From: Pseudomonadota bacterium
Lineage (GTDB): Bacteria > Pseudomonadota > Gammaproteobacteria > Burkholderiales > Burkholderiaceae_D
Length of the DNA stretch: 64,000 nucleotides
Direction: 5' to 3'
Assembly (NCBI GenBank): GCA_021821365.1
Contig: JAKACN010000001.1
Coordinates: forward strand, 1,623 to 65,622
A program made the translations under genes and the position numbers. Shown in pieces: positions 57,709 through 64,000 of the stretch; position 1 is the first letter of the stretch; each line of letters starts with the position of its first letter. The notes beneath the pieces are model-generated. The model was not told the DNA's origin. It was given only the letters and a program-made list of their open reading frames with translations, and did not search any database.

Positions 57709-58017
57709 ATGGTCGCGGACGCAAGTTTGCACGTATGGCTGGATACGCAGGCAAATATGGGGCAAACCTTGTTGGTGCCCTACGTGAAGAGCGTGACAGA
57801 ACGACAGATCAGTTTCCGGCTCGATGTCATTCAGCGCGGCGGCTCCGGTACGTCGCGAATCAGCCAGCAAGGCCTGGTGAAGGCCGCAGCGGAAGCGCCC
57901 ACGTCCCTGGGACGAGTTGCGCTGGGAGCGCAGAACAACGCGCAATGCAGTATCGAGCTTCAACTGAAAGAAAACGGTCACGAACTTGGCGTCTACCACT
58001 TCGAGTGCCCTCGCTAG
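57709..58017 (+). CDS. csgH: CsgH-like curli accessory protein, no signal peptide
   Basis: RBS GAGGAG; all-beta pattern with GGSGTSRISQQG motif and Cys pair (QCSIEL...FECPR); directly downstream of csgA. Confidence 0.65.
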   Translation: MVADASLHVWLDTQANMGQTLLVPYVKSVTERQISFRLDVIQRGGSGTSRISQQGLVKAAAEAPTSLGRVALGAQNNAQCSIELQLKENGHELGVYHFECPR

Positions 58018-58146
58018 CATGCCGCACTCAGCCGGCCCGCATTCGGGCCACCGGATGCGGTGGTGCCGCAAGGGAATGGGGCGCTGTGTCCAATAACCGG
58101 TTCTCCGGGCCTGGATCTCGTGGAGTTCGACGCGCAACGGGTAACG

Positions 58147-58435
58147 GGCTTCTGCCAGCCGGCCGTAGGAGTCATAGGCATAGTGCCGCACTTGCGCCAT
58201 GCGGCGGTTGGCATGCCCGCTTTCCAGCAACTGGCCTTCGGTGTTATAGCGGCTGTATAGCAGAGTTCCCAGAAGCGACACGGCCCATACCTGGCGACCG
58301 GTGCCGTCGAAACTGACGCGCATGAGCGGATTATAGGCTTTGCCGTCGTGATAGCCGGTTTCCACCGGATTGCCGAGCGCGTCGTAACGCGTCTCCTGCG
58401 TTACGCCGTCCGCCGTCATCGCAGTCAGTTGATTT
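58147..58435 (-). pseudogene. Rhs core remnant (duplicate of 62357-62645)
   Basis: 289 nt ungapped match to the Rhs gene at offset 4210, 16 mismatches by manual count (~94%). Confidence 0.9.
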
Positions 58436-58446
58436 AAACAGGACCG

Positions 58447-59190
58447 TTAAAAATCCGTTTCGATCTTATTGCCGGTTTTCCTGTCGATGTACCAGCCGGG
58501 ACGCACGACCTTGCCATTGAATATCTTGGCTTCACGGAAGTCGCCACCTACTCCCGAATAAACAGTCGCAGCATACATGGCCTGACCAAACTGATCCCGC
58601 TTGTTTGGGTCGTATCCCGGCCTGCGCTCGATGTCCCAGCCCAGCAGCGTGCCTTGCCTGCTCATGCGAAACTTCAGCCGCAAGCTTCCCTTGGGATCGC
58701 GCTTGAGGTCATCGATCACCTCTTGTGGGATGCGGGATCCGACTTCGATGACCTCGTCGCCGATGATGTCGTCCACGTAATCGTCGTAATTCTTCGGTCC
58801 GGAGCCGACCTTTCCAGTGCGCCTCCATACAATGCGAACGTGCTCTGGTATGGGACCATTCATCGCCAGGCGAACTTCATTTCTAAGCGTTTGATGGGCT
58901 TTTCCATAAAACGGCCGTGAAAGGCCAACCACGTAGAAATTCACTCCCAGAAACTCCTCCCCCTTCATCGCGTCGACCTTGAGCTCGTAGCCGATGTCTC
59001 CGAACCTGGCCAGCATGCGCTGCTGTGCCGGCGTGTACTGGCGAGGCGGCTCCCCTCCGGCGGTGCCGCAGGCGGTGGTTGTCCCGGCGGCGAGCAGGAT
59101 CGCCATCAGCGCTTTTATCCAGCGCGGACCCGGCGGCAAGAACAAGCCGGAGTCCTGCCGGGACTGTTTTACATGTTTCGATAGCTTCAT
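58447..59190 (-). CDS. Putative lipoprotein immunity protein (Tli1-like) for the Rhs phospholipase
   Basis: ATG 14 nt after Rhs stop with GAAGGA RBS; hydrophobic stretch and lipobox-like TTTA|CG; position typical of cognate immunity genes. Confidence 0.7.
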   Translation of the reverse strand: MKLSKHVKQSRQDSGLFLPPGPRWIKALMAILLAAGTTTACGTAGGEPPRQYTPAQQRMLARFGDIGYELKVDAMKGEEFLGVNFYVVGLSRPFYGKAHQTLRNEVRLAMNGPIPEHVRIVWRRTGKVGSGPKNYDDYVDDIIGDEVIEVGSRIPQEVIDDLKRDPKGSLRLKFRMSRQGTLLGWDIERRPGYDPNKRDQFGQAMYAATVYSGVGGDFREAKIFNGKVVRPGWYIDRKTGNKIETDF

Positions 59191-59203
59191 TGTGTGTCCT
59201 TCG

Positions 59204-62200
59204 TTACGGTAACGCCGCCACCTTGGCGGCACAGCTTCCCTGGGTGTCGCCCACAAAGCAGTAACCATGCTGGCGCAGCCACTGCAGGTAAGCTTCCACG
59301 TCCACGGTCCCCGTGTTGCTACCCATTGTGCGCGCATCCTTGGGGCCGCCCCAGTTGAGTTCCTCCATGCTGCGCGGCGCATAGCTGATGAACTGGTGCG
59401 TGTCGGCATTGGTCATGCTGCTGTTGCCAAATCCCATCGTGCGCTGCTTGCTGCCCGAGACGGCGCCGACGACCTGACGATCTTCCGGCGCACCCAGATA
59501 GGGAACCGGAGGGGCGTTGGGGTCGGGGTTCGGCGTGCTGGGATAGGTGGATTGCCATTTGTTCGGGTCGCCGTACACGATGTTCTTGCTTGGATCGTGC
59601 AGCACCGGGTTGCCAGACGGCAGCGGAGACACCCTATCGACATTCATTTTTACACCAGCGTCCTGTGCCTGACGAACCATCCAGTTCAGTGCCACCAGCG
59701 ACAACTGATCCTCTCCAGCTGCATACCCTCCGCCGATATCCGCATGCGCGCCGAGAAACCCCATTTCCAGGCGTACCTTCCCCGGCGTGCTGCTGCTCTG
59801 GCCGATGGACTGTAGCGGAAAGCCGCCCCAGTGCATGCTGTGCGGCTTGGGATTGCGCAGCATGAACTCGGCCTTGCTGCTGCTGCGATACTCGTTGAGC
59901 GCCACGGCTTGCACCACATGGCTGAATTCTCCGGGGATAGCCATCTGGTAGGACTGTCCGGAGAAGTTGGTGGACAGCACCGTGTCGAATAGGCCCATGA
60001 AGCGGAAGTTGACCTTCTGGCATTGCGCGGCACCGGTTTCCGGATCGTTATAGCGATACGCGCCATTCTTGGTTGCGGCGGTGATCATATTTGCAAACTG
60101 GCGAGCCTCAGCCGCACCCCGGCTAAAGCCAACGATATCGATGTCCATGCTCTCGTTGTCGGCCATCGCATTGGCCTCCTCCTGCAAGTACAACATCATC
60201 CGCTTGATCCGCGCCGGCCCCGAATAGTTGCCGCCCATATCGTTGACATACAGGGGATCAAAGGGCGTAAGCCAGTCCAGCAGCTTGCCCTTGGCGTAGG
60301 TGTCGGGAACGATGTCGCCGTGCTTGACATCCTTGTGCACGGTGCCAACGCCGCTGACGTAACGTGCATTACCATCGTCATAAGCTTCCGAGAATCTCCA
60401 CACATTTGAGTAGTTACTGTCCTTCATCGCCGGATCGTTCATGTCATTGCTATTCCCCGTCCCATCAAACGCAAACAGAACCAACCCGCTCGGATCAATG
60501 TACCTGAGCGGATTATGCGCCACGTACGCATACGGATTGGGCCCGTCCGGTGTGCCCAGCGGGTCCGGCGTCAGGTAGCGCCCTCCCTGCGGATCGTAGT
60601 AGCGCCGGCCGTTGTAGAACAGCCCTGTTTCCGCATCCTCATACTGCCCCGGCAGACGCAGGTGCAGCGTGAAGCCGTGGCCGACGATGCTCGCCTGGCC
60701 GGACGGCTGGTAGCGCGCTCGCCATACCAGTGCGCCGTCCTGCGCGGTGGCTGCCTCGATCGCACCGAGATGGTTCGCGTGCAGCCAGACCGTTTTTTCA
60801 TCGTCGGCAAACCAGGCATGTACGATCGTCGCCAGATCATGGGCAATGCGGCTGACGGCGTCCCGCTCTTCGCCCTGCGGCGCCGTGCCCTGCGGCGTGT
60901 CGATCACGGCGACCGGTTGCTCGGCCAGGTAGACGTACTGGCGCTTGATGCTGCCCTGGCCATCCAGTTCGGCCGCCAGCTGTTGATCGCGGTACAGGTA
61001 GTACGTCGTGCCGCCGCTGTCCTTGGCAATGCGCTCGCCGCGATGGTTGTAGGTATAGCGTGCGAGCGTTTTGTCGTGTTGCCGCACTTCGAGCAATCGG
61101 CCCAGCGCATCCCAGCGGTAGGCGCGCTCGCCGATACGGCGCGGCTGGCCGTTGACGTCGTACTCGCTAATCTGCCTGTCCTGGCCGAGCCAGCGATGGG
61201 TGCCGGCCTGGTACAGCGCCTTTTCGGTGTTCGTCTTCAGGTCGCCCTGGTCGGCGAGGTCTTGCTGGCTCAATAGCCGGCGCCCTTGCGCGTCGTAAAA
61301 ATAGCGGCTGGCCTGGACGGTCTGCTTTTCGGTTTGCACCGCGGCGATCAGCCGGTCATCGCGGTCGTAGGCATAGTTGCCTGCGGCCGGCGCACCGGCT
61401 TTCTGTTGCAGATGCAGCAGGTTGCCCTGTACATCCCACAGGTAGCGCAGGTCGAGAACGGCGTTCGGCTCTTCCGGCAGGCCTAGCGCGCCGGGTAGCA
61501 TGCCCGGTTCCGGCTTGCCCGGCGGTTCGCTGGCATTGGCCGCCGCGATCAGCCAACCGACTGCGCTGGCGGTCTTTGGCAAGGCCGACGGTTTGTCGCC
61601 GTCATGGCGATAGACGATGCGTGCCAGGACGCCTTCGCGGCTTCTCTGGTAATCGGCCTCGATACCGTTGCCCGCTGTGTAGTGCTGGATGCCGACCAGG
61701 TCGCGTTGCAGATCGGCCACCAGGGTCTTGGCCGGCAACAGCCATTGCAGCCAGCTGGTCTGAATCCGGCTGCGCTTGACAGCCACTACCTGGCCTTGTC
61801 CGTTGCGCTCGTAGTCGAGGCGGCTGCCGTCGGGCAGGGAGACGCTTTGCAATACACCATCGTCGCCATAGGCATAACGCGTGATGCTGGTGATGTCGCT
61901 GCCGTCGTTGCGTTTGATGCGCACCGTCCTGGCAACCAGCAAGCCATGCTCGTCATACCGGTATTGCTCGCTTTGGGAGGGATGCTCGAGCGCGACGAGG
62001 CGCCGGCCCTGGTAGCGCCAGACGGTCACACTGGCCTGGCCGGTGGTCTTGTCGGTGATGGTCTGCCGCGCGATGCGCCCGGCGGCATCGTATTCATAGG
62101 TCGCCCGATTGCCTTGCGCGTCCGTGCTTCCAATCAAATGGCCGGCTTCATCGAATTGCTGGAGCGTTGTGCCGCTGTCCGGGCTGATCGTGGCGATGAC

Positions 62201-63601
62201 GCGTCCAAAGTCGTCCGCCAACCTGCGCATCGGGGCGCCGCCGTCGCCGCTCCGTGGCTGCACGCTCTCGTGAGGCCGTCCGAGCGCATCGAGGAAACGT
62301 ACCGGCCGCCCGCGTTCGTCATACTCGATCGCCACGCGCATGCCACGGCTATCCCTGGCTTCTGCCAGTCGGCCGTAGGAGTCATAGGCATAGTGCCGCA
62401 CTTGCGCCATGCGGCTGTCGGCATGCCCGCTTTCCAGCAACTGGCCTTCGGTGTTATAGCGGCTGTACTGCAGAATTCCTAGAAGCGACGCGGCCCATAC
62501 CTGGCGACCGGTGCCATCGAAGCCGAAGCGCATGAGCGGTTTATAGGCTTTACCGTCGTGATAGCCGGTTTCCACCGGATTGCCGAGCGCGTCGTAACGC
62601 GTCTCCTGCGTTACGCCGTTTGCCGTCATCGCAGTCAGTTGATTTTGCGCGTCATACGTGAAGACAGTTTTGCGGCCTTGCATGTCGCTTGCTTCAACGA
62701 CACGGCCGGCGTCATCGTAGCGGACGGTGCTCTTGAAGTCGCCTGGTGCAATCATGGCCGTCACAGCCTTGCCGTTGCTGTCCCATTCAAGGCGGATGAC
62801 ATCCGAATCTGCCGGGCTGTTGGTGGGTCCATTGCGCAGAGGCCCGTCAATGGAGGTGAGCAGGCGGCGGCCGTTGAGTTGGGTATAGCCGTAGGCAGTG
62901 GTGCGCGCAATCGGTATGGCTTGACTGTTGCCGTCGACGGCTGGACTCCAGCCGCTTTCAACAACCGTCAGCGGCTGTTGCGCGCCGTTGTAGGTAATAC
63001 GGATCTGATGCTCCTTCCCCGGCACCACACTCGGCCGCGCGATCAGAACCGGCTCGCTGCCCGGCAATTCGTCCTGCTTGTACGGTGCATATTCATAGCG
63101 CATGACCAGCCGGCTCTCTCCCGGTTTGCCATCGCGGTAGGCCACTGTGCGGATGGCGATTGCCCTGCCAGTCGTTGCGCTGCCCTGCGCCGCCGTGTGC
63201 AGGATGGACGAGGTGTGGGTCGACTCGGCGATGCGGTTACCGCCCCGGTCATAGCGGATGTGCGTTACTGCACCGTTGTCCGCCTGCATTTCCGTCTTGC
63301 CCGCCGCATTGAAGTTGAGCTGGCGGCCGTTGTTCCAGGTCCAGGTGTATTCGGTGCCTTGCGGCTTTTTCTGGGCGAGGACCTTGCCTTGCATCGGCGA
63401 GGCCGGCAGGAACACGTCCGGCGAGACGACGCTGCGGCTAAAGACGATACTGGTGCCGTCGGCCTGCACGATTTCCGGCGTGCTGCCTTTGACGTAAAGA
63501 TCGGTTTCGTAGCTCGCAGCGTAGTCCTCTTGCTGCCAAAAAGCCCCCCGCTTCTGGATCGCCAGAGCGGGGAGGTTTTTTCTTGTCGGAGAATAGAACA
63601 C
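59204..63601 (-). CDS. Rhs/YD-repeat polymorphic toxin with C-terminal Tle1/DUF2235 phospholipase; 5' end appears truncated
   Basis: YD repeats; core LRLPGQYEDAETGLFYNGRRYYDPQGGRYLTPDPLG...NPLRYIDPSGL; C-terminal FAFDGTGN, GFSRG, GLFDTV, GAHADIGGGY. Confidence 0.88.
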   Translation of the reverse strand: MFYSPTRKNLPALAIQKRGAFWQQEDYAASYETDLYVKGSTPEIVQADGTSIVFSRSVVSPDVFLPASPMQGKVLAQKKPQGTEYTWTWNNGRQLNFNAAGKTEMQADNGAVTHIRYDRGGNRIAESTHTSSILHTAAQGSATTGRAIAIRTVAYRDGKPGESRLVMRYEYAPYKQDELPGSEPVLIARPSVVPGKEHQIRITYNGAQQPLTVVESGWSPAVDGNSQAIPIARTTAYGYTQLNGRRLLTSIDGPLRNGPTNSPADSDVIRLEWDSNGKAVTAMIAPGDFKSTVRYDDAGRVVEASDMQGRKTVFTYDAQNQLTAMTANGVTQETRYDALGNPVETGYHDGKAYKPLMRFGFDGTGRQVWAASLLGILQYSRYNTEGQLLESGHADSRMAQVRHYAYDSYGRLAEARDSRGMRVAIEYDERGRPVRFLDALGRPHESVQPRSGDGGAPMRRLADDFGRVIATISPDSGTTLQQFDEAGHLIGSTDAQGNRATYEYDAAGRIARQTITDKTTGQASVTVWRYQGRRLVALEHPSQSEQYRYDEHGLLVARTVRIKRNDGSDITSITRYAYGDDGVLQSVSLPDGSRLDYERNGQGQVVAVKRSRIQTSWLQWLLPAKTLVADLQRDLVGIQHYTAGNGIEADYQRSREGVLARIVYRHDGDKPSALPKTASAVGWLIAAANASEPPGKPEPGMLPGALGLPEEPNAVLDLRYLWDVQGNLLHLQQKAGAPAAGNYAYDRDDRLIAAVQTEKQTVQASRYFYDAQGRRLLSQQDLADQGDLKTNTEKALYQAGTHRWLGQDRQISEYDVNGQPRRIGERAYRWDALGRLLEVRQHDKTLARYTYNHRGERIAKDSGGTTYYLYRDQQLAAELDGQGSIKRQYVYLAEQPVAVIDTPQGTAPQGEERDAVSRIAHDLATIVHAWFADDEKTVWLHANHLGAIEAATAQDGALVWRARYQPSGQASIVGHGFTLHLRLPGQYEDAETGLFYNGRRYYDPQGGRYLTPDPLGTPDGPNPYAYVAHNPLRYIDPSGLVLFAFDGTGNSNDMNDPAMKDSNYSNVWRFSEAYDDGNARYVSGVGTVHKDVKHGDIVPDTYAKGKLLDWLTPFDPLYVNDMGGNYSGPARIKRMMLYLQEEANAMADNESMDIDIVGFSRGAAEARQFANMITAATKNGAYRYNDPETGAAQCQKVNFRFMGLFDTVLSTNFSGQSYQMAIPGEFSHVVQAVALNEYRSSSKAEFMLRNPKPHSMHWGGFPLQSIGQSSSTPGKVRLEMGFLGAHADIGGGYAAGEDQLSLVALNWMVRQAQDAGVKMNVDRVSPLPSGNPVLHDPSKNIVYGDPNKWQSTYPSTPNPDPNAPPVPYLGAPEDRQVVGAVSGSKQRTMGFGNSSMTNADTHQFISYAPRSMEELNWGGPKDARTMGSNTGTVDVEAYLQWLRQHGYCFVGDTQGSCAAKVAALP
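63538..63581. terminator. Bidirectional intrinsic terminator overlapping the first codons of the Rhs ORF
   Basis: AAAAA-GCCCCCCGCT-TCTGG-ATCG-CCAGA-GCGGGGAGG-TTTTTT. Confidence 0.75.
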
Positions 63602-63638
63602 AACATTGCCGGGATTGCATCCCAGCCATCTACCGCGC

Positions 63639-64000
63639 TCAATGCACTCCCGGTTCGCCCATTGTCCAGGGGCGGCGCAACATCGAGCGAAAATCGTTGT
63701 CTCGATCGATCAAGGTGCTCTTGTCGTCCCAGACATGCACCAGCGTCTTGATGCCGTAGATGCGATTGCCTTCTGCCACCACGTTCTTACTGTCAATGAG
63801 TGAAATGGCCGATTTGGGAGAATCCTCGCCTGAGTTTTCGATGATGATGTCGTTGTTGCGGATGATCGTGCCGTCGGCTTGGTGCAGCTTGATGGCGGCG
63901 GCGCTTTCGACAGCGGCCTTGCCTCTGAAAATAATAATGTTGTTTTCGATGAGCTGGTTGGGGCCGAACAGGTAGATGGCGGCATGGCCGTCGGTGACTT
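63639..64000 (-). CDS. Right-handed parallel beta-helix repeat protein, C-terminal part (runs off window end; not in ORF track)
   Basis: Manual translation: VTDGHAAIYLFGPNQLIENNIIIF...AIKLHQADGTIIRNNDII...AISLIDSKNVVAEGNRIYG...EPGVH*. Confidence 0.75.
   Translation of the reverse strand, partial: VTDGHAAIYLFGPNQLIENNIIIFRGKAAVESAAAIKLHQADGTIIRNNDIIIENSGEDSPKSAISLIDSKNVVAEGNRIYGIKTLVHVWDDKSTLIDRDNDFRSMLRRPWTMGEPGVH

Noticed and set aside
57574-58419. 281-aa minus-strand ORF starting with Rhs-like sequence
   Set aside because: Only the first ~90 codons are the duplicated Rhs fragment; the rest runs antisense through csgH and the csgA terminator, so it is not a real gene
58447-59409. 320-aa version of the immunity ORF
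   Set aside because: The upstream extension overlaps the Rhs 3' end out of frame; the RBS and lipoprotein signal support a start at 59190
54410-63601. Idea that CsgG exports the Rhs toxin
   Set aside because: CsgG translocates unfolded curlins through a narrow pore; an Rhs cage is a large folded shell; the only support is adjacency in opposite orientation

Overview
GC-rich betaproteobacterial chromosome segment. Gene content and order suggest Burkholderiales, probably Oxalobacteraceae (inference). Positions 1-53.2 kb are mostly conserved housekeeping genes: pilT(partial)-yggS-proC, yqjKED-like trio, ubiA, ugpBAEC, oxyR-recG, queA-tgt-yajC-secDF, cytochrome b/c', purB, GST, bfr-bfd, mnmA-nudJ, panD, pntAB, ubiH-pepP-murU-amgK, lptD-surA-pdxA-rsmA, short-chain chromate transporter pair, gloA, ygjP-plsC-gmhB-glySQ, lnt-corC-ybeY-phoH-miaB. 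An uncharacterised lipoprotein plus beta-barrel pair and three copies of a palindromic intergenic repeat are embedded in this part. The last ~10.5 kb is accessory. It holds a complete curli (type VIII secretion) cluster csgEFG-csgB-csgA-csgH, with a 569-aa curlin containing a 140-aa super-repeat and a CsgH-like protein lacking a signal peptide. Converging on it is an Rhs polymorphic-toxin array: a beta-helix gene (partial), a terminator, a 5'-truncated Rhs with a Tle1/DUF2235 phospholipase C-terminal toxin, a lipoprotein immunity candidate, and a 289-bp Rhs remnant. No tRNA, rRNA, CRISPR array, integrase or transposase was recognised.
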